A stretch of DNA of 64,000 nt from Candidatus Dormiibacterota bacterium (lineage in GTDB: Bacteria; Chloroflexota; Dormibacteria; Aeolococcales; Aeolococcaceae), in the NCBI GenBank assembly GCA_003132525.1, contig PKXZ01000076.1, positions 1,167-65,166 of the forward strand. The letters run 5' to 3'. A model generated the notes under the pieces. That model made no database searches. It was not told the DNA's origin and was given only the letters and a program-made list of their open reading frames with translations. The position numbers and the translations under genes are program-made. This document shows, piece by piece, positions 31,582-41,390 of the stretch; within the stretch, counting starts at the first letter, position 1, and the number at the start of each line of letters is the position of its first letter.

Positions 31582-32172
31582 CTAAGGGTTTCTTGACGAG
31601 TTCTTCGCCCTGGATCTCGTTTGTACCGCTGGCTTTGTTGCAGGTTTTGTGGTGCTCTTCCGAGCCGGCGCGGAAGCCTTTGTTGCAGATTTTGTGCTGG
31701 CTTTCGGCGCTGGTTTCGGCGCCGGCCTCGGACCCGCGACTTTCTCGGTGTTCAGCTTGAGGGTTTCGACGGACCGCTGCAGGTTGCCGCGCACGATGGG
31801 CTCGGCGGCGCGGCCGAGAAGTTTGCCGGCGATTCCGCCACCAAACTCGTACTCCATGTCGAAGGTCACCTGCGTCTTGTAACCCTTGGGTTTGAATGTC
31901 CAGAGACCGACCTGCTTGAAGCCTTCGTTGGAGTGCCAGCCAATCGCTGTGTTCTCGGTCCATGTCGTGATGTCGACCACCGAAGTGAGCGTCGTCGGAC
32001 CCGCCCTCATGCCCACGTCGAACTGTGCACCTTTGCCGTGCGTGACCTTGCCGGTGGGCTGCCACTTCACCAGATCCCTCATGTACTTGGTGGTGTTGCG
32101 ATAGTCGTCCACGTACGCGAACACCGTGGCCACGGGAGCATTGATGGTCATGTCGATGGTGATGCGACCCAT
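31582..32172 (-). CDS. SRPBCC (START/Bet v1-like, polyketide-cyclase-like) domain protein with a Lys/Ala/Pro-rich C-terminal tail
   Basis: SRPBCC core ([23 protein letters not shown]..) followed by a histone-H1-like tail ([33 protein letters not shown]). Confidence 0.6.
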   Translation of the reverse strand: MGRITIDMTINAPVATVFAYVDDYRNTTKYMRDLVKWQPTGKVTHGKGAQFDVGMRAGPTTLTSVVDITTWTENTAIGWHSNEGFKQVGLWTFKPKGYKTQVTFDMEYEFGGGIAGKLLGRAAEPIVRGNLQRSVETLKLNTEKVAGPRPAPKPAPKASTKSATKASAPARKSTTKPATKPAVQTRSRAKNSSRNP

Positions 32173-32290
32173 ATACCTGGACTCCTGGCGCGGTGGCACC
32201 GCGCGATTGCCTCAGTATGCGATTCCGGCCTGCGCGATGCAGGGTGTCTCAGAGGCTGCTGAGGCGGGTGGTATCATCCGGGCCGGGCGC

Positions 32291-32365
32291 CGGGAAGTAG
32301 CTCAGCCAGGTTAGAGTGCACGGTTCGGGACCGTGAGGTCGGGAGTTCGAATCTCCCCTTCCCGA
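32291..32365 (+). tRNA. tRNA-Pro (anticodon CGG)
   Basis: Manually folded cloverleaf: acceptor stem CGGGAAG/CTTCCCG, anticodon stem CACGG/CCGTG with loop TTCGGGA, T-arm GGGAG-TTCGAAT-CTCCC, discriminator A. CCA is not encoded. Confidence 0.75.
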
Positions 32366-32429
32366 CTGTCGCTCACGCGGGCCAATCGCAGTTGGACACG
32401 GCGTTGAGCGGATAGCATTGCGGGATTGC

Positions 32430-32504
32430 GGCCCCGTAGCTCAGTGGATAGAGCGGCGGTTTCCTAAACCGTGCGCGCAGGTTCGATTCCTGCCGGGGCT
32501 ACCA
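32430..32504 (+). tRNA. tRNA-Arg (anticodon CCT), CCA encoded
   Basis: Acceptor stem GGCCCCG/CGGGGCT (G1-U72 wobble), D-arm GCTC..GAGC, anticodon stem GCGGT/ACCGT with loop TTCCTAA, T-arm GCAGG-TTCGATT-CCTGC, 3' ACCA. Confidence 0.78.
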
Positions 32505-33114
32505 ACGTCGTCAACGCAAGCACACCACCGAATCCAATCATGCCGGCGCCGGCAACACCATCGGTGACGCGAATCGCTCGTGGACTCAACGAGCGACCGG
32601 CCAATGCGACACCGGTGGCGAGCATCGTGACCCAGGTCAGGCTACCAATGGCAACGCCGGCCACCAGGAGGATCGCGGAAGCAGTCGTATGCACGAGTCC
32701 GGCCGTGCTCGCCGCGGCGAAGATGGCGCCCCACGACACGATGGTCGAGGGATTGGAAGCCGTGCCACCGAGGGCGGTGAGGAACGCCCGCCGTGGACTG
32801 GCTATCTCGGAGGGCGTCTCACCGCCGACTCGCACACGGACCGCGCTGTACAGCGTTCGCGCGCCGAGGCCGACGAGCACGAGAGCGCCTATGAGCCCAA
32901 GAGCAATCCGCACGGGATGGATGGTGAGCAGCGGCGTCGCACCCCCGGCGCCGGCGGCAGCGTACAGACCATCGATCGATGCAATGCCTGCTCCGATTGC
33001 AGCGCCAACACGCCAGCCGCTGCGAAGTGTCGACCTGATCAGGAACAGCGACATCGGCCCCAATTGCAAAGCAACGAAGAATCCAAGTCCGAAACCGATG
33101 ACCGCGGCATTCAT
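32464..33114 (-). CDS. LysE/RhtB family amino-acid exporter
   Basis: Six-TM LysE-type topology (MNAAVIGFGLGFFVALQLGPMSLF..). Its 3' end overlaps tRNA-Arg in antisense by 41 nt. Confidence 0.65.
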   Translation of the reverse strand: MNAAVIGFGLGFFVALQLGPMSLFLIRSTLRSGWRVGAAIGAGIASIDGLYAAAGAGGATPLLTIHPVRIALGLIGALVLVGLGARTLYSAVRVRVGGETPSEIASPRRAFLTALGGTASNPSTIVSWGAIFAAASTAGLVHTTASAILLVAGVAIGSLTWVTMLATGVALAGRSLSPRAIRVTDGVAGAGMIGFGGVLALTTLVAPAGIEPARTV

Positions 33115-33162
33115 CGTGCACGACTCTAATCCGCGGCGCAGCCGGTCACATGAGACAGCCGG

Positions 33163-33705
33163 TCACATCAGGTCGGGAGGCCGCAGCGGACCGATCCGCT
33201 TCCAGAACACCAGGGTCCCGGTCAGGCCTCCGTGCGGCTTGAACGCGTAATCGGGGATCTCGCCGGTCAGCGTGTATCCGAGTCGGTGATAGAGGTGCGC
33301 TGCGCCGCCGTCGACCGCGGTATCGAGCACGAGCAACGTCCGGCCGAGTTCCACCGCAACTGTCTCCGCCGCTCGCGCCAGCGCCGTGGCGATACCGCGG
33401 CCGCGATAGCTGCGCCGCGTCATCAGCTTGGCGATCTCGGCGCGGTGCGGCTGGTTGGGCGGAAAGTCGAGGAGGAGCGTGACCGTCGCGGCAAGGACGT
33501 CGCCGTCCCATGCGCCGAGCACGACCCGCTTGTCCTGGGCGGCCGCGGTCAAAGCGTCCTCCCAGTAAGCATCTGCCACCACCGAGTCGAGCGGGTGCAT
33601 GAAGCTCACCGAGCCGCCATCGGCGACAACCTCGATGAGCAACTGGCTCAGCTGCTCGCGCGTCTCCTCCGACGCGCGCAGCGTGGTGATCTCGATCCCG
33701 GTCAT
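33163..33705 (-). CDS. GNAT family N-acetyltransferase
   Basis: GNAT motifs (..RRSYRGRGIATALARAA.. and ..HLYHRLGYT..). The start is taken at MTGIEITT. Confidence 0.7.
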   Translation of the reverse strand: MTGIEITTLRASEETREQLSQLLIEVVADGGSVSFMHPLDSVVADAYWEDALTAAAQDKRVVLGAWDGDVLAATVTLLLDFPPNQPHRAEIAKLMTRRSYRGRGIATALARAAETVAVELGRTLLVLDTAVDGGAAHLYHRLGYTLTGEIPDYAFKPHGGLTGTLVFWKRIGPLRPPDLM

Positions 33706-33754
33706 CAGCGTGAAGTCTGGGGCCACGCGGACGGTTTCCGCTGCGCCCGAGAGG

Positions 33755-34780
33755 TCAGATCGCGCCTGTGGTGATCGCCTGTTCGATCCACGGGATGACG
33801 ATGTCGAGCATCTGATCCAACGTCGTCGTGGCTTCGAAGCCGAGAACGCGTTTTGCTTTCTCGACTGAGGGAACCCTGCGCTGGACGTCGTGCTCGAAAG
33901 GGTCATCGCTGACGTACCGGAAGGGCACGTCGTCGCCCTTGATCCTGTGCCAGATCTTTTCCGCGAGCGTCAGCACCGTTGTCGACTCGCGCGTTGACAG
34001 GTTGAAGTCGTCGTTCAGGGCGGCGGGACTCTCCATCGCCGCCACGATCCCCCTGGCAAGGTCGCCGGCGTACGTGTAGTGCCGCACCTGAGTCCCGCTC
34101 CCCAGGATGTGCAACGGGTCCTGTCCCTTGACGACCTTCTGCACCAGGTCAGGCACCACGTGGCTCATCGCCAGCTTGACGTTGCCGCTCATGATCTCCA
34201 CGTCGCCGAGCGCTCGACCTTCACCAATTCCGACGCAGTTGAATGGGCGGACGACCGTGTATGGCAGATCGTGTTGACTGTGAGCGGCTCGAGCAAAGTA
34301 CTCGACCGCGAGCTTCTGAAAGCCGTACGACGACTTCGGGGGTGGGACCTCGAGCTCCTGGCCCTCAGCGGACGGCCATGTCGTCGCCGATTCAAAAACC
34401 ATCGACGAGCTCAGGTAGGTGACCCTGCTCAACGAGCCTTCGCGGTGCGCTTGAATCGCCGCGTCGCACGTGGCTGCGAGGATTCGCTCGTTGGTGGCCA
34501 GCAGATCGTATGCGTATGCGTGGAAGTACGAGATCCCGCCGATCATCGCGGCCCCGGCGATCAGGTGGTCGCATCCCTCCAGCGCGTCGCTCATGAGATC
34601 GGCGTCGCGCGCGTCACCTCGAATGAGCCGGTATGCCGAATGGCTGTCGAAGGATCGGACGACATGGCCGTACTTCGACTCGTTGTCGACGCCGACGACC
34701 TCGTAGCCGCGTTCGAGCAGTTCCTCCACCACGTACCCGCCGATGAAGCCGGCAGCGCCGGTGACGAGGACCCTGGTCAC
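33755..34780 (-). CDS. NAD-dependent epimerase/dehydratase (nucleotide-sugar epimerase)
   Basis: Rossmann motif VTGAAGFIGGYV and catalytic YxxxK (..SSYGFQKLAVE..). GTG start at 34780 overlaps the GT2 stop. Confidence 0.8.
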   Translation of the reverse strand: MTRVLVTGAAGFIGGYVVEELLERGYEVVGVDNESKYGHVVRSFDSHSAYRLIRGDARDADLMSDALEGCDHLIAGAAMIGGISYFHAYAYDLLATNERILAATCDAAIQAHREGSLSRVTYLSSSMVFESATTWPSAEGQELEVPPPKSSYGFQKLAVEYFARAAHSQHDLPYTVVRPFNCVGIGEGRALGDVEIMSGNVKLAMSHVVPDLVQKVVKGQDPLHILGSGTQVRHYTYAGDLARGIVAAMESPAALNDDFNLSTRESTTVLTLAEKIWHRIKGDDVPFRYVSDDPFEHDVQRRVPSVEKAKRVLGFEATTTLDQMLDIVIPWIEQAITTGAI

Positions 34781-35514
34781 GAGCGGCCGCCGCGGCCACC
34801 GCCGCCGCCCTCGCGGCCGCTGAGGCCGAGCGCATAGAGGTACCAGTGCAGGTAGCGGGGTATCCACGCTTTGACCTTGAAATTGGACGTGCCGTCGGCG
34901 CGGTCGAGCCAGATCGTCGGCAGCTCGGCGACCGGCAGACCAAGGCGCCGGGCCTTGGCAACCAGCTCGATCCCGAGCTCGAAGCCGGCGTCGGAGTCGA
35001 TGCCCACTCGCTCCACGAACGCTCGCGAATATGCCTTGAAGGAGTTGGTCGCGTCGTGGGTGCCGACACGCGCGATCAGGTTCAGCGACACGCCTGCGAG
35101 ACGTGACACGTGTCCTTTGATCCAGGGACCGCCGACCTGTTGACCGCCGCGCATGTACCGCGATGCGCATGCGACGACCACACCGCGCTCCACCAACCGG
35201 GTGAGCTGATCGATCTGCATCGGATCGTCACTGCCGTCTGCCATCGTGACCACGACCACGTCGGCGGTCGCCTGTCCGATACCGAATCGGAGCGCCTTGG
35301 CCGGCCCGCGCCCGAGCGTGTTGTGCACGGGCCGCAGCTGCGGTTGGTGCTTCGCATAGCTTTCGAGAAACGGCACGGTCGTGTCCTCGACCGTGTCGTA
35401 GACCACCAGCACCTCCGCCGGCAGTGTGATCGCCTCGAAAATCCGATCGAGGAAGGGCACCACCGGGGCGCCCTCGTTGTACGCGGGGATGACAACGCTG
35501 ACGCGTGGTTTCAA
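34777..35514 (-). CDS. GT2 glycosyltransferase, polyprenol/dolichol-phosphate mannose synthase (Ppm1/DPM1)-like
   Basis: Begins VSVVIPAYNE, carries a DxD-like motif (VTMADGSDD), and has a short Gly-rich C-terminus. Confidence 0.78.
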   Translation of the reverse strand: MKPRVSVVIPAYNEGAPVVPFLDRIFEAITLPAEVLVVYDTVEDTTVPFLESYAKHQPQLRPVHNTLGRGPAKALRFGIGQATADVVVVTMADGSDDPMQIDQLTRLVERGVVVACASRYMRGGQQVGGPWIKGHVSRLAGVSLNLIARVGTHDATNSFKAYSRAFVERVGIDSDAGFELGIELVAKARRLGLPVAELPTIWLDRADGTSNFKVKAWIPRYLHWYLYALGLSGREGGGGGRGGRS

Positions 35515-36716
35515 ACCGTGACGCCCCTGCCGAGCAGGTTGGTGATGTCGACCACGGGCTTGTCGGTGTGCAGCTCACCGTACGCACGATGTGGCGCGGC
35601 GATAATGAGCAGATCGGACTCCGCCACGACGGTTTCGAAGGGAAGGATGTCGGGGTCCCCGGTGACGTAGGGATCACTGGACAGGACGCGCGCCGCCTTG
35701 CCGGTGAGGATGCGTTTCAGCTTGTAGCTCAAGCTGGAACGCGGATCGTCCGACTCGGCCTTGAACGCCATTCCCAGAACGCCGACGGTCATCGCCGTGA
35801 GGTCGAAGCGCTGCTCGAGCTTGCCCAGCACATACAGCGGGATTCCCTCATTCACCATCACCGCGGCGTGGCCGAGCGTGAATCGATTCTCAGCGAACGC
35901 GGTGATCTGCATCGTGTCCTTGAGGAGGCATGGACCAGCCGTGAGGCCGGCACCGGGCAGATCCGCCGCACGCGGGTAGTGGAACATCACCGCCTGCCGA
36001 ATCCGTTCGTAGTCGAGCCCGTTGTCGTTCGCGATCATGTAGAGCTGGTTGGCGACGGCGAATTTCAGATAGCGCCAGCTGTTGGTGAACAGCTTGGCGA
36101 GCTCCGCCTCCTCGGGTTCGAGCTCGACGGTTTCCGGCGTCAGATGCCGGAACAGGTCGGCAGCGCGCTGCACCGCGCGTGGCGTGGTGCCGGAGATGAT
36201 CTGCGGGAGCGAGCGGAGCTCAACGAGCGCATGGCCCTCCGCGATGCGTTCCGGACAGAAGCTGACATCGACGTCGCGCCCCTCCTTGGCGATGAGCCGC
36301 GCGACGCGCTTGGTGACCCCGGGGTACACGGTGCTGCGCAGGACCACATGGTGCCCGTCGACGAGGTGGCCGGTGAGCGGGGCGAGCACGCGCGCAACCG
36401 CCTCGACATCAGGGCTCAGATACCGGTCGACCGGAGTGCCGACGACAACCACGATGTGCTCGCCGCGATCGATGGTCTCGGCGTCGGTGGTTGCATGCAA
36501 CCGGCCCGCGGCGAGCACCCGGCCGAGGACCTCTGGTGCGCCCGCCTCCGCGAAGGGCATCGATCCGCCGTTGACCTTGTCGACCGCATTCGCATCGGTG
36601 TCGTACAGCCGGACGGCGAGACCGCTATCGGCAAAGGCCAGGCCCAGCGGCAGTCCCACATGGCCGCATCCGCCGACGACGACGATGTCGTGGTCGAACT
36701 GTGCTTTCCGCTCCAT
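35511..36716 (-). CDS. UDP-glucose/GDP-mannose 6-dehydrogenase family nucleotide-sugar dehydrogenase
   Basis: N-terminal VVGGCGHVGLPLG Rossmann motif and a central catalytic region (..GPCLLKDT..). Confidence 0.85.
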   Translation of the reverse strand: MERKAQFDHDIVVVGGCGHVGLPLGLAFADSGLAVRLYDTDANAVDKVNGGSMPFAEAGAPEVLGRVLAAGRLHATTDAETIDRGEHIVVVVGTPVDRYLSPDVEAVARVLAPLTGHLVDGHHVVLRSTVYPGVTKRVARLIAKEGRDVDVSFCPERIAEGHALVELRSLPQIISGTTPRAVQRAADLFRHLTPETVELEPEEAELAKLFTNSWRYLKFAVANQLYMIANDNGLDYERIRQAVMFHYPRAADLPGAGLTAGPCLLKDTMQITAFAENRFTLGHAAVMVNEGIPLYVLGKLEQRFDLTAMTVGVLGMAFKAESDDPRSSLSYKLKRILTGKAARVLSSDPYVTGDPDILPFETVVAESDLLIIAAPHRAYGELHTDKPVVDITNLLGRGVTV

Positions 36717-37970
36717 CTACATCGCGGCGGCGAGATCGTGCGTTTTCCGAGTCGTGGCCGCCGGCTCCTGATCAAGGCCGCGATTGGCACCGCGGCGGAC
36801 GACAAAGATAACGGCAACGGTGACTGCCACCAATGGGACGACCTCTGTCGTCAGGAACGGACCCGCGCCCCTTGGATAGATGACCTGGGCCACCGTGAAC
36901 GCCCACCCGGTGGCAACCACCATCCAGGGTTTGGAGACCGCGACCGCCATTCCGAGTGGCGCCAGGAAGAGCACCTCATACGCCACGGTGTGGAGCCCGA
37001 TCACCACCGCCAGAGCGAGCGCGATTGCAAAGAACACGCCGGTATCGACGCGCGAGCGAATCCGCACGAGCAGGACGACTGCGACGATGGCAAGCGCCAC
37101 AAAGGCGAGTTCGGCTGCAGTCGTGCTCATGGTCCATCGGGCGATGGTGCCCGGAAGTCCGATCCCGATCTGAAATTCCCCAAGTTGTGTTGCGCTGCCA
37201 AGCCACTGGAGGCTACACGATGGCCCGACCATGAGGACGCAGAAGGCAGCGATCCCGGCGACGGTGGCCGCGCAGGCGGCCACGATCCGCCACCGCTGGT
37301 GGATGACCAGCGCGATCACCGCGAGGAACACGAGTTGCGGTTTGAGCGCAACCACACCGATGAGGACGCCGGCGGCCACATCGAGGTGCCGGCGCATCAA
37401 CTCGATGGCCAGCAGCGCGATCACGAGCAGCAGCGGATCGTTCTGAGCGAGGCTGAAGTCGGTATTCGCGATCTCGTTGAGCAGCAGCGCCCCGACTGCG
37501 GCGGCCATCAACCAGACCGGCAGCCCGGCACGTCTGCGCCAGAGGAGCGAGGCGCAGACAGCGATCGCCGCAAACAGGACGACCTCCCAGACGTCGACGG
37601 CGATCGGAAGCCGCAGTGCCGAGAAGGGCGCGGCCAGGAGCGTCAGCACTGGCGGTTCGTTGAAGTGCCAGACGATTCCCGCGGCCGTCTGGGGAACCAC
37701 CGCTCCCGGAACCAGGTGCAACCCGGCCAGTTGCACCGTTTTGGAGTAGATGCAGCCCAGCCCCGCCGCCTGCGCCTGGTGCGTCGCCGCGACGCCGGCG
37801 TAGTCGGTGACCTGAGGAAACATGACCGCGCTGCGGACTGCCGCGACCGCGATCGCCATCGACCCGGCGCTGCTCGCGATTGCGGCGATGACCCAGGGTC
37901 TCGGGCGCGCAGCGGCGGCGTCCGGCTTACCGGGCGTCCGAAGGCCGGAGAAAGGCATCTGCGGGAGCAC
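36717..37970 (-). CDS. DUF2029 / GT87-like polytopic membrane glycosyltransferase (paralog 2)
   Basis: Multi-TM protein with the conserved KPQLVFLAVIALVIHQRW segment, matching the KPHLA.. motif of the other two paralogs. Its stop abuts the dehydrogenase ATG. Confidence 0.55.
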   Translation of the reverse strand: MLPQMPFSGLRTPGKPDAAAARPRPWVIAAIASSAGSMAIAVAAVRSAVMFPQVTDYAGVAATHQAQAAGLGCIYSKTVQLAGLHLVPGAVVPQTAAGIVWHFNEPPVLTLLAAPFSALRLPIAVDVWEVVLFAAIAVCASLLWRRRAGLPVWLMAAAVGALLLNEIANTDFSLAQNDPLLLVIALLAIELMRRHLDVAAGVLIGVVALKPQLVFLAVIALVIHQRWRIVAACAATVAGIAAFCVLMVGPSCSLQWLGSATQLGEFQIGIGLPGTIARWTMSTTAAELAFVALAIVAVVLLVRIRSRVDTGVFFAIALALAVVIGLHTVAYEVLFLAPLGMAVAVSKPWMVVATGWAFTVAQVIYPRGAGPFLTTEVVPLVAVTVAVIFVVRRGANRGLDQEPAATTRKTHDLAAAM

Positions 37971-38010
37971 CCTAACCCGCGCCGCGCTCAGCCGCCGGGG
38001 ACGTTACCGA

Positions 38011-39286
38011 CTAGGTACCGGTCCGAGCACCGGCGAGCGGCGGGATCCTCAGGGTCGCGGCCGCCACGGGGTGATCTGATCGCCGCGACGCGACGCACGC
38101 GATCGCCGCGGCGATCACCAGCGCCCAGCCGGAGAGTTGCCCGGGCGGGAATTTCGCGGCGTCGGCAAAGTCCGCAAAGGCGGCCAGTGAGATCAGCGAC
38201 CATGCGGCAAAGGCGACGCTCACCGGCGAGGTCGGCGTCAAGTGCGTGTCCCGGGTCATGCGGCGGGCGGCCGCCGCCACGCCGATGACCAGCGCCGGAG
38301 CCAGCATCACGAGGTCATCTGAATATGCGTGAGGCGAGGCCAGCAGCGAGAGCACGGCGGCCCCCACCAACGCGGTGTCGAGTCGTTTCGGGTCTCGACG
38401 GACCAGCGTGCCGAGCCACACCGCGGCCGCGCATGCGGCCACGGTGACCACCAGGCCGATCAGATGAGCGGCGAAACCGTCGCCGAACAGCGATCCCACC
38501 ACACCGATGAAGCTCAGCATGTTCGCCAGCTCCCACCGCGTTGTGGACGACGCGAGAATCTTGACGAAGCCCACCACTCCCGCTGGACCGACAAGCGCAA
38601 TCGAGGCAAGCGCGAGTCCGCAGACCCCGGCGAGGGCGCCGAGAATGATCCCGCGCCGGCGCCAGCCGATCAGGAACGCGAGCAGCCCGAGCGCCAGGTG
38701 AGGCTTCGCGATGCCCGCCGAGACCACCAGCAGCGCGGCCCCGGTGGCGTGGTGGCCTCCCTTCCACGCTCGATAGGCCAGCACGATGCCGAGCGCCAGG
38801 ATCGGAGTCCACTGGGCCTGGATCACCGTCGTCCACGTCCCCATCGACGCGAGCGCTGCGGCCCCTGCAGCCACCTTCCAGACGCGTGGTGTCCCAGTTG
38901 GCCAGTCGACCCAGCGGATGGCGAGCGCCACAGCAAGCACGAGCACCGCAAGCTCGAGAATCCCCCAGAGGCGATACGCAGTGGCCAGCGGCAGGAAGGT
39001 CACCGGCAGCACCAAAGCAGCCGCCACCGGCGTGTTGACAAACGGAAGGTTCCCCTCGCGGTCTGGTGCGATGAGGCGGCTGTGCAGCGGTTGCTGCACC
39101 GACTGGTCGTAGAGGTCGCCGGTGTGCCCCTCGCGCAGGAGAGTGCCACCGACGTAGAACGCGGTGAAGTCACTCCGACCGACGTCGATGCTGCTCACCT
39201 GCGACCAGACGACCGCGTACGCGACCAGCAGCGCCGCGGCGATGGCGATGATCAGCCGGGCAGGCCTCAGAGATCGGCTCACTTCC
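38011..39286 (-). CDS. DUF2029 / GT87-like polytopic membrane glycosyltransferase (paralog 3)
   Basis: Strong similarity to 18690..19967 along the whole length. With the start re-set to GTG 39286 the product is 425 aa, the same length as paralog 1. The listed ORF carries a 95-codon Arg-rich extension. Confidence 0.6.
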
Positions 39287-39423
39287 GGCAGCCTATCCGC
39301 TGTCGACGCGAACGCCCGGCGTGTTATCAGCCCGTGACAGCCCGCTCGATTGGATTTCGAGATCCGTTCGACGCGCCGCGATCGCCTGCTGCGACACTTG
39401 AGCCGTCCATATAGAGGAGCCGC

Positions 39424-40015
39424 CGTGAATGAGACAGACGTCTTCGTCCTTGCCGATCGCGCGCTCGATGGTGTCGTGCAGCAGATCGGCGACGGCCACT
39501 GGGACATGCAGATGCCGGAGAGCTTCGCCGGCAGAGACGGTAACCTGCGGACCCTTCGCGAGGTCATCGGCTATCACGCGTACGACGACGCGTGGGTGCC
39601 GGACATGCTTGCCGGCCGGACGATGGACGCAGCCGGCAAGGACAAGTTCGACGGCGATCTGCTTGGTGACGATCCCAAAGCCGCCTTTGCATCGATCGTC
39701 AATAGAGCGTGCTCGGCGGCGGCACAGCTTTACGACCTGGAGAGCACCGTGCACTGCTCCTTTGGCGAATACGCGGCTCGCGAGTACTTCTGGCAGATCA
39801 ACGGCTTCCGCGGTTTGCGGGCGTGGGACATCGCCAACGTGATCGGCATCGACCCGGCACTGCCTGATGATCTGGTGCAGGGCCTCTGGGATGAGCTGAG
39901 CCCGAATGCTGACGAGTGGAGGAAGTTCGGCGTGTTTCCTGCGGCCGTTGCCGTGCCGGACGACGCTCCGCTGCTTGACCGATTGCTCGGTATCACCGGA
40001 CGGGATCCGCAATGA
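39424..40015 (+). CDS. TIGR03086-like / maleylpyruvate-isomerase N-terminal (DinB_2-like) domain protein
   Basis: About 195 aa with the His/Asp-rich pattern of an actinobacterial family (..HWDMQMPESFAG..). Family assignment is uncertain, and the start at GTG 39424 is inferred. Confidence 0.4.
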
Positions 40016-40377
40016 TCACCGCCGCACACGCGGTGCTGTACGCAGACGACCCCGACCGGGCACGGGCCTTCTTTCGCGATGTGCTCGGGATGCCGAACGT
40101 CGATATCCACGGCGGGTGGCTCATCTTCAAGCTGCCGCCCGCGGAGCTGGGCGTCCATCCGGCCGGCGAGGCGTCGCCCAGCGGTCACCATGAGCTCTTT
40201 CTCATGTGCGACGACATCGATAACACCGTTACCGACCTCACCGCCAGGGGCGTTGCGTTCTCCGCGCCCATCACCACGGAGCGATTCGGACGCATGACGC
40301 GCATGCGTATTCCCGGTGGTGGTGATATCGGTCTGTATCAACCGTCGCACGCCACCGCGCACGACCTCGAGCCCTGA
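40012..40377 (+). CDS. VOC / glyoxalase-bleomycin resistance family protein
   Basis: 121-aa VOC fold (..AVLYADDPDRARAFFRDVLG..). ATGA overlap with the upstream gene. Confidence 0.7.
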   Translation: MITAAHAVLYADDPDRARAFFRDVLGMPNVDIHGGWLIFKLPPAELGVHPAGEASPSGHHELFLMCDDIDNTVTDLTARGVAFSAPITTERFGRMTRMRIPGGGDIGLYQPSHATAHDLEP

Positions 40378-40403
40378 AGGCGTCGACATCGTCACGTTCG
40401 TCG

Positions 40404-41342
40404 GTGGCTCGGTACCATGAGGCGATGAGTTCCGAACCGCGCACGCGCATGGTCCAGGCGCCTGACGGACGTCAGCTCGAAGTCGTGTCCGCCGGACCGG
40501 AAGACGGCCGCTGCTTCCTGTTTCACAGCGGGACGCCGTCGGCGGCGGGCGCCTATCCGCCACTGGTCGCGGAGCTCGGCAAGCGCGGCCTGCGCCTGGT
40601 GACGTTCTCTCGCCCCGGGTACTCCTCGTCGTCGGCCATGCCCGGACGCGCGGTCAGTGACGTGGCCACCGACGCGCAGGCGATCCTTGACTCGTTGAAG
40701 ATCGGCGCGTTCTTCTGCGCCGGTCAATCGGGCGGTGGTCCACATGCGCTGGCGTGTGCGGGCCTGCTTTCCGATCGCGTGATCGCCACCGCGTCACTCG
40801 CGGGCGTCGCGCCGTACCCGGCAGACGGGCTTGACTGGCTCGCCGGCATGGGTCCGGAAAACCTCGAGGAGTTCGGTGCGGCCATGCAGAGCCAGGACGC
40901 CTTGGAGACGTACCTCGAGCGCGAGGCCGCGACCCTCCGCGACGTCCAGCCCGCCGACGTGGCGGCCGCGTTGGGAGGTCTCGTCAGCGATGTCGACAAG
41001 GCAGCGCTCAGCGGCGGGTACGCCGAGTACATGGCCGGCAGCATGCGTCGCGCCGTATCGACCGGCATCGCGGGCTGGCGGGACGACGACCTTGCATTCG
41101 CCACTCCATGGGGGTTTGATCCGGGGTTGCTCCAGACGCCCGTGGCCGTCTGGCAAGGAGGTGCGGATCGCATGGTCCCGATGGCGCACGGCGCCTGGCT
41201 CGCCGCGCACATCCCCGGAGCGGAGGTGCATCTGCTCCCGGAAGAGGGCCATCTCTCCCTCGCACTCAATAAGATCGGTGATGTGCTGGATGGCCTGCTC
41301 GCGATGGGCGAGGCCGCCGCTCACCCGGCCCACGCATCGTGA
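40404..41342 (+). CDS. Alpha/beta hydrolase fold protein
   Basis: Nucleophile elbow GQSGG in CAGQSGGGPHA and a C-terminal His (..EEGHLSLAL..). Confidence 0.75.
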   Translation: MARYHEAMSSEPRTRMVQAPDGRQLEVVSAGPEDGRCFLFHSGTPSAAGAYPPLVAELGKRGLRLVTFSRPGYSSSSAMPGRAVSDVATDAQAILDSLKIGAFFCAGQSGGGPHALACAGLLSDRVIATASLAGVAPYPADGLDWLAGMGPENLEEFGAAMQSQDALETYLEREAATLRDVQPADVAAALGGLVSDVDKAALSGGYAEYMAGSMRRAVSTGIAGWRDDDLAFATPWGFDPGLLQTPVAVWQGGADRMVPMAHGAWLAAHIPGAEVHLLPEEGHLSLALNKIGDVLDGLLAMGEAAAHPAHAS

Positions 41343-41390
41343 ACACCGTATAGTCGCCGAAGTCTTGGACGCGGAGAGGAGATCAAACGC

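Noticed and set aside
35505-38288. 927-aa plus-strand ORF, and similar giant or Arg/Pro/His-rich ORFs (for example 19007..20968+, 1955..3160+, 204..971-, 3194..3910+, 4361..5596-, 40794..42245-).
   Set aside because: These are antisense or off-frame shadow ORFs of annotated genes in a roughly 70% GC genome, where stop codons are rare. Their composition is dominated by R, G, P, H and D, and they have no recognisable domains.
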